Positions 1 through 12,369 of a stretch of 64,000 bases of DNA are shown piece by piece. The position numbers were made by a program, and so were the translations under genes. Source of the stretch: Geosiphon pyriformis uo1 (Eukaryota > Fungi > Glomeromycota); the NCBI GenBank assembly GCA_016748015.1, contig JAAOMT010000200.1, positions 60,984 to 124,983 of the forward strand, given 5' to 3'. The notes under the pieces were generated by a model. That model searched no databases. It was not told where the DNA came from and saw nothing but the letters and a program-made list of their open reading frames with translations. Each line of letters starts with the position of its first letter. Position 1 is the first letter of the stretch.

Positions 1-2478
1 TACTCAATATGCTCTGAACATTGCCAGTGAATTTTTTGTGATCAATGACATTTCTATCAATAGTGAGAAGACGGTGGCTATTCCCATCAATCAGGGTGTT
101 AAAGTTGCTTCACTGGACATTTGTAGTCAGCCAATCTCTATTGCCAAGAAAGGGGAAGCACATCAGTATCTGGGTATTTTTCTGTCGACTGAGGGGCTCT
201 CCAAGCTGAGTGTTGCCAAGGCTCATGCGGATGTACGTTTCTTCGTCAATGTTGTGCTTAAGAAGGCTATTACAGACAAACAATTCTCGTATCTGGTGTC
301 AGCTGTTTTGCAGCCTATTGTTAGCTATCGTACTCAGTTCAGTTTTGTCTCATTTAATGTTTGTCACAAGTGGGATGTCTTAGTTAGAAAGGGTCTTAGG
401 TCCAAGGCTTGTCTCCCCCATGATTTTCCTAACGCTGCTTTGCATCATCCCTCATTGTATGGCCTAAAGCCTTTTGAGCAGGTGCAGTCTGAAGGGAAGG
501 TTGCTGCTTTGATGGCATTCTCTAATGCTTTTGGCATTCTTGGGCATTTGTTTAGACATAGGTTTTTGGACCTACAGGTTCTTGGTTGGGCTTCTTTGGA
601 TCCTTTGCAGTTTCCGGTTAGGTTGCGTGTTAGTCCGGTGAACAATTTTTTGGCTGGGATGGTGAAGATCTTTCTGGGCAATGAGCTTACTTTGGTGAAC
701 AACCTCCCCACTGCATTTCGTAGTCCTGGTCAGTTCCTGTTGTCCTCTGTTCTTGGAAAGTCTCTGTATTTTGATTCGGTCAAATCTCTTAAATGTTTTG
801 GTGTCGCTTTTGGTGATCGGCTTTTTGATAAGAAAGGTGTTTTGTTGGATTGGAAAACTTTTCGTCGTTGGAAGAGGTTGGATCCACGTGGCCCTGTGCC
901 TCACTGGTTTATGGTTTCTTCTGAGTTTTTGAAAGGTCAGGGTTACTCATTTTCTGGTTCTGTTGGCTCTGTGGAAAAGCTTGGTTTGGACATTTTGGGG
1001 TTTGGGAAATTTTCTGCGGTTAAAGATGGATTGCATGACATTTGGTCAGGCTTTTTTGAAGTTTTCACAGATGGGTCTTTAAGGAATGCAGGCTCTGCTG
1101 AGGTCACCTGTGGTGCTGCTGCATACTTTCTGGTCTTGGATAAGAGCATTGGTGTTGCTGTTCATGGTCTTTTGTCATCTATTATGGCCGAGTTACAGGC
1201 TGTCGCTTTGGCTTTGGAGTGTGTTTTTTCTTCAAGTACTGTGGTGTTACGTCTTGACAGTCAGGCTGCCATTGACACATGTGTGTCTGAGATGTCTTTG
1301 GTTGCCCCTGATTTCCGTAATCAATGCTGACTGGAAAAGCGTCATATTTTCAATTTGGTCAGGGATAAGGATCTCAGCATGAGTTGGGTTAAGGTGAAAG
1401 GACACTCTGAGATTCCTGGTAATGTGAGAGCTAACTTGGCTGCTGGGGCTGCCTCTAGGTCTCCCTTTTCCCTTTGTGCCGATGTGCGTGAACATTTTTT
1501 GGTTGCTGAGGGTATCGCTGTTTCTGGTAATGCCCGTCATTTTGTCAGGAATAATTTTCGATCAATTTGTTGTGCTTGTTGGGAAGCTGGGCCTGGTTGT
1601 GATGTAGTTCTGGATGTGATAATTGGTTGCATAGACTGGGTTGTCACAGCAAAGGTGTGGCATCCTGATTCTCATATGCTTGCTGGGTTCACTAGCTGCA
1701 CATCCTCAACGCTTCGCATTTATGTTATGAAGGCTGTGTACAGGAGGTTGCCAGTGGCAGTAAGGAAGAGGTTGTATGATAAGTGCTACCCTAGTGTATT
1801 GTGTTTGTTTTGCGATGAGGTGGAGTTCTCTGACCACGTTTTTACTTGTGTTCATGAGTCTGGCATTCATGGTAAGATTTTGGCGGAGGCTTCTGCCCAT
1901 TGGTCAGCTTTGGCTGGTGGTTCCCCTGCTTCTGCTGTGTTGTGGGTTTTGTCTCAATGTTCCATTGATGTTGGGCTGTACACTTTGGTGTGCAAAGGGT
2001 TTGTGCTGAAGGAGTGGTATGAGGAGACTTGTAATGTTTTTGAGGATAGAAAGGTGGCCACTGCTCGGATTGTTGATTATGTTAAGTTCGTTGTTGGATT
2101 ACATCATGCTAAAGTATGGTTGGCTAGAGCCAGCCACCAGGTGGTGATGGAGAAGACTGGTCTGGTCTGTGACGTTGGTGTTGTTTCTGGGCTCTCTTGT
2201 GGTGTGTCTTTGGTTTTGTCTGACAGTGTTGTGAGATTGCTTGGTTTGGCCAATTCCTTTGCTGTTAGCTTTGGTCGTCGGAAGCTTTATTGTTTCTTTT
2301 CTGGTCTGAGTGGCAGTGTGCGGATAGTTATAGATGTGTAGTGTTGCCTTGTCTGGCCTAAGTGGCTAGCCACATGTAAAAAGTACATGAGTCGCGTTTA
2401 GTTTAAGCCTCTTAGTTTGGTTCTATGTACTAAATAGTGATTGGGCTGCACTCATTAAATGGGTTAAATAAAATAAAA
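1..2478 (+). mobile_element. Non-LTR retrotransposon (LINE), 3' half: end of RT, RNase H, C-terminal CCHC zinc finger, 3' UTR and A-rich tail; 5' part outside window
   Basis: ORFs 38..1330 and 1355..2341 share a frame, split by one TGA (1328-1330) at a likely Trp. RT thumb motif HQYLGIFL; RNase H motifs VFTDGS / AELQAV / LDSQAA / WVKVKGHS..GN; CLFC-x7-H-x3-C finger. Homologous along its length, including the 3' UTR, to the LINE at 43.4-45.9 kb. Confidence 0.92.
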
Positions 2479-2844
2479 TTATTTTTTTGGTTTAAATTTA
2501 TTTATAACAATAATTTTTTTGTTAATTTTAATATTGTTCAAAATAATATTATATTATAACTGTTTTATTATTAAAAAATATATAACAAAATAATATTTAT
2601 TTATAATTTTTTATATTGAATTCAATAATATTTTTCAAATAATTCAACAAAAAATTAATTGGTTTAATATTAATCTAGTGTATAATGTGAGAAATAAAAT
2701 AATCCAAATGAAATATAATTCTAAATCAAAGACAATAAAATGATTAATCTGAATTTTTTATTTAGAATCTGATGAATTTCACATTTCACTATTTCCCTGA
2801 ATATTTCGTCACAGCCATACAAGCCAGAATGATTTGTGAACTGT

Positions 2845-5595
2845 TTACCATTTGCCACCCTTCTTTTTCTTTTTCTTAGATTTATCACTTCCACCTGTCC
2901 CAGTTTTAGCCTTGACTGATGTTTCAATAGGAGGCGTTGGGGTAGCTGGAGGTAACTCAGATGAAAGCTTAAGAGGGCTGTATGTAATGTAAAAGTATCA
3001 ATAAAATGTTTAAGGAATTTACAGGTCGCTGTGCGGCTTAGGGCTTTATTTACCTTTTCCCTGCAATATTGGCGCTGCCTGTGCCACCAAAACCACCCCC
3101 TACAATCGCAGTACCTTGGGATCCTTTCATTAAATTTTGCTTCCTTTTGCCCTTTACTTTATAGGTAGAACGTTCCCGTTTTGGCAACCATCGTTCAGGA
3201 TCTGGAAGAACATTGGCATCTAAAGTTTTTGGAAGTAAGGGCTTTCGTTTTCTTTTTTTCTTTGTCAATTTCCCGGAGAGTTCACTAATATGTTAAGTCG
3301 AGTAAGCAATAGTATGATGTGAAAAGATTATAACATTTAATAGGTTCACCTATGCGCATCTGCTTTTTTATAAGTGTTTTTTACACCGGGTATAGTTTTT
3401 TCTAGGAATTCAATATCAAAGCTCGAACTTCGGTCAAAAACTTTCAATGAATTACGATATTTTTCTGCAAGGAGGATATCGTAATAGGAGTATGCTGTGA
3501 TGAGTCCAGCAAAGGCTTGGGGGTCTTGGGGATTTGCTTTCACGAGTTCTTCGTAATCTTGAGCCGCTTCAAGGAAACGACGTGTTCTAAGTTTAAAAGA
3601 TGCCGCGTGTTTAAGTATCGAAGAGCTTTGGACAGACTGATTGGCCGAAAAATCAATGAGAATTGAATCTTTGAAATTATGAATAATTTTGAATTAAAGG
3701 TAAATATTTGCCTGAAAACTCTTTTTTGAAAAGGAACTTGCGTTCTCCAATATTTTTGCCGATTCTTCAAAGAGGCCGGATTGCTCATATAGCCAGACTA
3801 AAATCCCAACCAAGGCTGGCTGATATCTATCTTTTTCGTCCTTTAAGGAAGCTAAATATGCTTCAAGAGCAGCCAATGAGCCTGAAATGTTGAATTGAGA
3901 AAGTTGCAATTGGATCAGGGCAAAATGAATAGGCAGCGAATTCGGATGGCTTCGGGCATAGTCTTCCAGGTCTTGGATAGCTTTGGTCGGCGCCTTTTGG
4001 AGGTATGGTATTGCAGCCAACAAGATAAACAGGTCATCATTCTCAGGGTATAATGATAATAGTTTACGAACGGCATCTTGACAAGCAGAGTACTGCAATA
4101 ACAAAAAAGGCTTGAATTTTAATTTAGTGCAGGTAAATGGAAAATAGAAAAAAGTAAATAACCTTATGATTATAGAGAAGTAACAATGCTTCATTGAAAG
4201 CAATAGATTGTCTTTGATTTCGAAACAACCTCGTTTCTAAAATTTTGGGAGATGTGGTGCGCAATTTGCGTGTGAAATCAAATTCACTATTATCTTTTGA
4301 TGCAGCAACTAAATTATTTGATGCGATGACTAAGACTACCAAGTCGGCAGAACTAAAAAATACGAAGCAATTAATGTAATTATAAAAGGATAAAGTCTCG
4401 AAAAATAAGCTCATACTTCGTTTTCATAACACGCTTATAAATATCAATCGCTTCGTTCAACCGGCCTTGAAGTTGATATACATAACCCAATTGCACAAGA
4501 ATTGGGGCGAGTTCATGCTCGATCTCTCTTTCACTATATTTCTCTTGAGAAAGTGACTTATGACAAAGATCTGATGATCAAAAAATGTATTTTTAACCAA
4601 GAAATCAGAGAATTTCATACAATGAATAAATAAACCTACCTTGAGCGATATTTAAGAGTTTTTCCCCCTGTTTCAAATCTCCTTGACCAATCCTCCCACA
4701 TGCTGAATTATAAGCTAATTCATATTTAGTCGTGATATCTACTATTTTATACTATGTAAGACATCGCCTTGGGGATTAATTACATAAATGAGGCCAAAAT
4801 TTTAGTTCAACACGGAACAGGAATTGACTACCTTTCCGTTCAGTTGCCCCCCATTAAACAAAAAGGCCGATTTCACTGCATTTACGTTTGTTAAAGCGTC
4901 GTCATACGCATCGTCTTTCTTTGTTAAAGAAATTATTTAGAGGAAGAGCAAAGATAAGGCTGTATTCGAAAAATGGAGAGCCATAGACTAAAGTACCTTA
5001 TCTAATTTTTCAAGTATATCATGGTAAATGTCGAGAGAATTTAAAAAATTTTCAATTCGGTATGCCTATATTGATTGCAAGAAAATGAGAATGTTACAAA
5101 GTCACGCCTATTATGAAAATATAATTGTGAATATTAGATTTAATTAAGAAATAGATGGTACAAACTGATTGTGCTTCTAGATTCAGCAAACCCAATTTTT
5201 CATTTTCATTCAGCTTGTACTTTTGTGTAAGTTTTAAGACCTCATCCCATAGATTGAGACGATAGAGGCAATATGCTTTCAAGAAAGCAACCTGATTTTC
5301 GGGTAAATGTTGAGTGAGAAGTTCGAGAGCAATCTGGTATTTTTCCAGACGTATTAGAGATACAGATTTGCACTTGATGGCATCATGGTCCTCAGGGTTA
5401 AATCGAAGAACTGAGGGAAGTGCAAAAGAAATGGATCAAATTGCTAATCTCTGCAACCCTTAATGTGATTAGTTTCTTACTCTTCTCGAGGCTTCTTAAT
5501 GTTTTGTCATATTCTTCTTGCCTAGCAAACCGGTCTACTTCACCAAAAAGTTGGGTAATACTGGCTTCCTTAGATATCGTATCTGGGCTGCTCAT
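2845..5595 (-). CDS. SRP72: Signal recognition particle subunit SRP72 (multi-exon)
   Basis: Starts MSSPDTISKEASITQLF at 5595; TPR-like exons (KAYCLYRLN, LEAQ..YR); SRP72 RNA-binding motif KKKRKRKP..P.....PDPERWLPKRERS; last exon ends KKKKKGGKW-TAA at 2845. Introns GT-AG plus one GC-AG. Confidence 0.93.
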
Positions 5596-6546
5596 GTCTG
5601 GCGTGAACCTTGAGCAGAATTATAACATTTATCGAAATCAGGTATTCGGCAGATCTGATCTTAGAAAATCACCAAAAATTTTTATTGAACTATTTACAGT
5701 AATTACCCAAAAAAAACAGCAAAAAATAAAAAGCAAAGAAAAATGAATATTCCATAATATATATTGCCAAAATTCCTGAATTTTTTTAAAAAATGATAGC
5801 AAAGAATAGTTAATAAATGATTTGAAAACCAAACAATTTTTTGTGTTAATTAAAATACATTTAAAACAGCTTTATTAACCATTTTACTAATTTTTTTTTA
5901 TATTTATCATGCGTAGTCCCATCACTATATAATACAATACAACAAATTAAGTGTTCTAAATTAAACATAATTCACACACTTTCTATATATAACAAGGCAC
6001 AAGCCCAGTTTTATAAAAAATAGTAATTGTTTTTTTTTTAATTTTAAACATAAATTTTATAAAATAAAAAAATAAACAAAAATAAACAAAAAAATTTTGT
6101 CTTTTTTAAATTTATTTTAATAATTAATTGACATGTTATTTAATATATAATATATATATATATATACATAATTTAAATTATTATTATTTATAAGTTTATA
6201 TTGTAAATAATCTAAATTAAAATTTGCTGTTAATTATAAAAATCAAAAATTAAATAATTAGTAATGTACTTATAATTTTAATTCCATATTTAGTTATTTA
6301 TCAATTTAGAAATTATAAATTTAATTAATAATAATAAAATGCCAGTTTGAACATTGCTTATAATAGTAATAATAATAATAATAATAATTTTTGCTGAATA
6401 AGCAATTAATATTTTGTTTAATAGTATTTATTTTAATTTTTTCATTTGTTTTTTCTTTAAACAATTAAAATATCTAAATCCATGAGCATAAGTCTAAAAC
6501 TGGCCAAACGGCACTACAATATTTGAAAGTTTGACGAATTTCTTTC

Positions 6547-6555
6547 ATGACTCAT
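6547..6555. promoter_or_regulatory. Perfect Gcn4/CpcA/AP-1-type site ATGACTCAT about 85 bp upstream of the Lon start
   Basis: Exact match to the bZIP consensus ATGA(C/G)TCAT; function is inferred only. Confidence 0.35.
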
Positions 6556-6639
6556 TTATGATGAGTTACCAAATAGATATTGGGACCAATCATGTGGTTT
6601 AAAGAATTTTTGGCGAGATAGAGGTCTGAATTTTAGCAA

Positions 6640-9600
6640 ATGTGTAGCATACTCTTTTTTAAGACAACATCTGGGCTCCCAACCTCGTCTGCCCTTCATT
6701 CCCTAAAACTTTTTCGGAGCAGATTACAATCTTGGGGCACTCTAGGGTCTACAAGGCAACAACTAAGCGGTTTATCAACATTGTCTTATGCCAAATCATC
6801 GAATTATGCAGAAAAGTCCAACATATTATATTTTGCTCAGAAAAAAACACGAACACCAATCCTTATACTAACTCAACATCACAAGAATAGGTCTTACTGC
6901 CAACGAACTTTTGCTTGGACTGGTATACAGTCCAAGCATTTTTCTACTTGTACTTTTCAAGCTAAAATTAAAGAAGAAAAAATAGCCTCTGATTCATCCG
7001 ATGGGACGAGCAATGGGTCCAAAGGTAACGAAGATCAAGGGGAAAACAATGGAAACAATGAAAATGGAAATGATGGAAGTGAAGGAAATCCTGGAAGTGG
7101 GAATAAAGGAGACGGATCTGGAAAAGGGAGTAATAATGACGGATCTGGGGATAATTCTTCACCGCGCTCACCATTTGAAGGAATTCAAAGAACTTTGCAT
7201 GTATTAGAGACTACATTGCAGAAACCGACCGTACCTGAAGTTTATCCTCAGGTTTTGGCTCTTCCAATCGCGCGACGGCCACTTTTCCCCGGATTTTATA
7301 AAGCTGTTGTAATAAAAGATCAACATGTTACAGCTGCGATCAAGGAACTAATGAAACGTGGCCAACCTTATGTTGGTGCTTTTCTCTTGAAAGATGAAGA
7401 AACAGACGTGGATACAATCACCGATCCTTCTCAGGTTTTCAGAGTCGGTGTATTTGCTCAAATTACAAGCGTTTTTCCTGCAAATGGGGGACAAGATGAA
7501 AATTCATTGACAGCTGTACTGTATCCTCATCGAAGAATTCAAATCACTGAATTGGTACCTCCTAGTCAAACTGGTGTCATTGAGGCCGAAAATGTGAATG
7601 ATGGTATTAATGAAGATACCTTGGTTGAAGATGGAACGCAAAAAGGTTATCATTACTTTTCCTTTCGGCTCGTCATGCATGTTTATCGCCTGGATTTTCA
7701 CCATAAACTTTGTATTATGGTCTGCGAACAGAGCCGGAACAATATGTCACTTCTTTTCTAAAGGATTTCAATGTCTCCCTTGTGAATGTCGTCAACCTTA
7801 CTGATGAGTCATATAACAGAAAGAATCAAGTTATACGGGCCATAACATCAGAAATCGTTGCAGTATTCAAAGATATCGCCACTCTTAATCCACTATTCCG
7901 TGATCAAATTGCAAATTTTTCCATGTCCCAATCTGCTGGTAATGTTTTCGAAGAGCCCGCAAAACTAGCTGATTTTGCTGCTGCAGTATCTACTGGTGAA
8001 CCCAACGAATTACAAGAAGTTCTTGAAAGTTTGGTAATTGAGGAACGTCTGCAGAAAGCTTTGCTAGTACTCAAAAAAGAATTAGTAAATGCCCAACTAC
8101 AGAGTAAAATCAGCAAAGAAGTTGAATCAAAGATTGCGAAAAGACAAAGAGAGTATTATCTGATGGAACAGCTAAAAGGGATTAAAAAGGAACTGGGTAT
8201 TGAAACTGATGGGAAAGATAAGTTAGTCGAGAAGTTTAAAGAGAAAGCAGATAAACTCACAATGCCAGAAGTTGTTAAAAAAGTTTTTGAAGAGGCATGT
8301 ATTATTTTTACTTGAGGTATCATTTGTGGTGAGGTTATGTTTATTGAAAAAGATTTCTTTCACTTTCTTTAGGAGATAAATAAGTTAGCTCATCTTGAAC
8401 CGGCCGCGTCTGAATTTAATGTGACGCGTAATTATCTTGACTGGTTGACACAAGTTCCATGGGGGCAACGATCCCCTGAAAATTACAATATTACCCATGC
8501 TAAGAAAGTACTCGATGAAGATCATTATGGTTTAAAAGATGTCAAAGATCGCATACTGGAATTTATCGCAGTTGGTAAATTAAGGGGGACCGTCGAAGGC
8601 AAAATTCTATGTTTGGTTGGACCTCCAGGTAAGATCTAGAAAATTGGCAAAAAAAAAAATTTTTATCTCAAATACTTGAATTTATTATTTATAGGTGTCG
8701 GTAAAACTTCAATTGGCAAATCGGTTGCACGAGCCCTTTCACGGCAGTTTTATCGCTTCAGTGTTGGTGGTCTCACTGATGTCGCCGAAATAAAAGGACA
8801 TCGTCGTACATATGTTGGCGCCATGCCAGGAAAAGTTGTTCAAGCCCTAAAAAAGGTTCAGACTGAAAATCCTTTGATCCTAATTGATGAAGGTACTGGA
8901 TTTTTAGTAGGTTTTCCCAATATTAATTCAGAATGCCAAATTTCAGTAGCATTAAACAATTATTATTCATAGTGGATAAAATCGGTCGAGGTCATCAAGG
9001 TGACCCTTCGTCAGCTCTTTTGGAGCTACTTGATCCAGAACAAAACTATTCATTTTTGGATCATTATATGGACGTCCCAATAGACCTATCAAAAGTTTTA
9101 TTTGTTTGTACTGCGAATTTAGTAGATACAATTCCAAACCCATTGCTTGATCGTATGGAAGTAATTCAACTCTCGGGCTACATTGCCGATGAAAAAGTAG
9201 CCATCGCTTCAAAATATTTGGCCCCAACCGCCAAAGAGATGGCAGGTTTACAAAATGCAAACGTTATACTTCATGAAGGCGTAATTGAATCGTTGATTCG
9301 CTCTTATTGTCGGGAAAGTGGGGTGCGTAATCTTAAGAAGCACATCGATAAAATTTATCGCAAGGCTGCCTATAAAATTGTGCTCGAACTTGGCGATGAA
9401 AAGCTTCCGGCACAGGAATTGGACAACCCATCCAGCACGGAATCTTCTACAACGAGTGAGACTGATGAGGCTCCTATTACCACGGAACAACGTAAACCTT
9501 TAGAGGTACCTAGCAACGTTCAGGTTGACATTACTGTTGAAAATCTCAAAGACTATGTAGGACCACCTATTTGGCACTCTGATCGTCTTTATGAAAAAAC

Positions 9601-10448
9601 ACCACCTGGTGTTGTTATGGGCTTGGCTTGGACTAGTATGGGTATGTTTAATATTCATTTAAATTTAAATTTAAACTTAAATTTCTCCCCAAAGCAAAGA
9701 CAACATTTTAAATTATCATTAATCATACTATCCAGGTGGATCTGCATTATACGTGGAATCAACTTTAGACTCCATTCTTTCTTCTTCTTCAAATCCCGCT
9801 TTGTCCAAAACAGGACAAATGGGAGATGTGATGAAGGAATCCACGACGATTGCATATACATTTGCCAAAAGCCTTATGTCACGACGCTTTCCTCAGAACA
9901 AATTCTTTGAACGGGCTTCCATCCATCTTCATGTGCCTGAAGGTGCCACCCCAAAGGATGGTAAGTTTTTATTATGTTATTTTGACGGTTATTGATAAAT
10001 AATTTCCTTTTCCTCAACATACTTAATCCTATAAATTTTAGGACCTTCTGCTGGAATTACAATGGCCACATCCCTTCTCTCGCTTGCGCTATCAAAATCT
10101 TTGGATCCTACAATAGCAATGACGGGTGAGTTGACACTTACAGGGAAAGTCTTAAAAATCGGAGGTCTTCGAGAAAAGACTGTGGCCGCAAAAAGGTCTG
10201 GGGTAACTACCTTGATCCATCCTAAAGCCAATACAAGTGATTGGGAAGAGTTACCTGACAATGTGAAAGAGGGTTTACGAGGAGTTCCTGTTGCGTGGTA
10301 TGATGACGTTTTCCATGTTGTATTCGGTGATGTGAGTGGTGAATACGCCAAAGAAATATGGGACAATATGGTAAAGCAGTATGGTATCGAAGAAAAAGTT
10401 ATTACTAGCAATACAAACTTAGAAGTCGAGAAGCATTTAAATATTTGA
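6640..10448 (+). CDS. PIM1: Mitochondrial Lon ATP-dependent protease (multi-exon)
   Basis: Ser/Arg-rich presequence; LON-N ([12 protein letters not shown]); Walker A GPPG|VGKTS split by an intron; [12 protein letters not shown]; LIDE; [10 protein letters not shown]; catalytic PKDG|PSAG; [17 protein letters not shown]. Stop at 10448. Confidence 0.97.
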
Positions 10449-11385
10449 TTCAGTTTCAATAATTCTTTAGATGCTAGCTCCTGATTTGTAATATAAAATT
10501 CTCAAACTTAATATATAATCGTTGGCTCCAATACTTGCATTCTTTTATATCTCAGTCTTTAAATTATCATAGAGAAAATGAAATTATTGAACGCTAAAAA
10601 GATTGAATAGTGAGTCAATGACTCATCCATCATGATTGATCAATGATTAAAATATATACTCGGACGAAGCATATTCAAGCCGTCTTTTTAGTTTCCGAAT
10701 TTACAAATTTAGCAGAAAATGGCCTTAAGGAGCATTACCCGCTTTTCAATACCCTTTTAGGAGGAATAAATTTGCTTCCCCAGCTTTTTGGTAAATTTTT
10801 TGGATCCCGATTGTATCTTAATTTCCCATTTTAATAGATAAACATCATAGTGTTAAATTCAGGAGCCAAAGCCTTTATTTCTAGAATGAAAGATTTTTTC
10901 ATCTTAAACAATCTTCTATATGCTTTCTGTAAAATTAGATATCTAGAAATGAAACTTGAACAGCTAATGCATTGATGTTAAAAGTTTGAGCTTTCAAGTC
11001 CTCAGAAAAAGCAACCGTCGCACAAGTCCGAAATAAACTTAAGTTTTAAAGTTCACCTTAAGCTATCCACTTTTACTTTATCTACTGCAGGTTTATTTCT
11101 TTGAACTTCATCAAGTTTCGAAAGAACTAAAACCCCTTTCTACCGCGCATCCCCTCTTCCTCTCTCTCGCACTCAGCTACTTTGGCGAACTTTTAGCAAA
11201 AAATTTATCCTTTTGCTTCCGTGCCGATTCCATTCCTTCTGAATTAGTGATTCATCAGTTACACATATATCTCGTAAACTATCCTTCTCGTTCTTGCTTG
11301 ACTTAAACGATTCAGACATTTCAAACATTGATATCGCCCTCATCTTTGAAAACATTTCTTACATTCTATCCTTTTCATACTCATA

Positions 11386-12369
11386 ATGCCGAGCAAGGCC
11401 CAAAAATACGTGTACAATGCTCACAGTAAGATCATCTCTGGTGTTATTGCTGTTCTTGAAAGCACCAAAGAACCACTTTCATTGCAGGAATTAGTTGATG
11501 AAATGACTAACCGCCAACTAGTGGTTTTCCAGTAAGTATTTAATAAGTCTTTAGAATTATATTCAACAGGACTCTCAACGAACATGATTTAACTTTGATC
11601 AACAGTGGCGCCACCCCAAGAAACACAGTGAGCGGTGAAATTAGCAAGTTACTTAACTCCGTTGGTCCCACTAATGCTCCAATCCTCAAGGTTAACCAAG
11701 GCAAATTAACAAAATTTTTTCTTAGACCCCGTATTCAGCCACAGCCTTGTGTGATGTAAGTTAATGTCTTTCCAGTAAATCTGAAGTCTTCCTTCATATT
11801 TGTAATATATTAGATCAGCGTGACAAAACAATACTTACAAGGAATTTTAATCATGTAAATAGAAAACAGGTTTTAAATGGCAAAGTCCACAAGAAATCAT
11901 CTCGTTTCACACGCCATTCTCGTCGTTCTTCAAATTCATCAGTCTCCCCCTCAGCTCTAAGTTCGTCTTTCTCATCCTCATCTGATGAACAAACCTCAAT
12001 GGAACGATTCCATCAGCAAAGAAAACGGCGTCAGATGGAGGACTTAAAGTATGCTTCCAATATAATCATTAATATTTTCATTCTAACTTGAAATTCAAAG
12101 TGATAAAATATCATACAATTTACCAATGCATTTATCTTCCGGATCCTTCATAAAATTTTTTTAGAGCTGCTTATCTACTTTCATGTCTATCTGCACATTC
12201 ATTTTGGTTCAATTACAAAAATGAGCCTGAGAAAGATTTTGAATGTTTCCTTGAAGCTCATTTAGGTGAGGAAATCACTTTTGATTATCCTTTGAACGCT
12301 TCCATATCTAATCCTGTAGAGGTTTATCAGAATGACGAAGATAAAAAATTCTCGAAATCAAAAAGTTAA
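11386..12369 (+). CDS. Small HARE-HTH (winged-helix) domain protein, 228 aa, 4 exons (11386-11531, 11606-11755, 11863-12048, 12165-12369); absent from the ORF track
   Basis: Three GT-AG introns join in phase (687 nt). The N-terminus AVLESTKEPLSLQELVDEMTNRQLVVFHGATPRNTVSGEISKLL matches the HARE-HTH pattern (L....PL...El......l....G.TP..T.s..is), followed by a Ser-rich tract and a basic patch. Confidence 0.8.
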
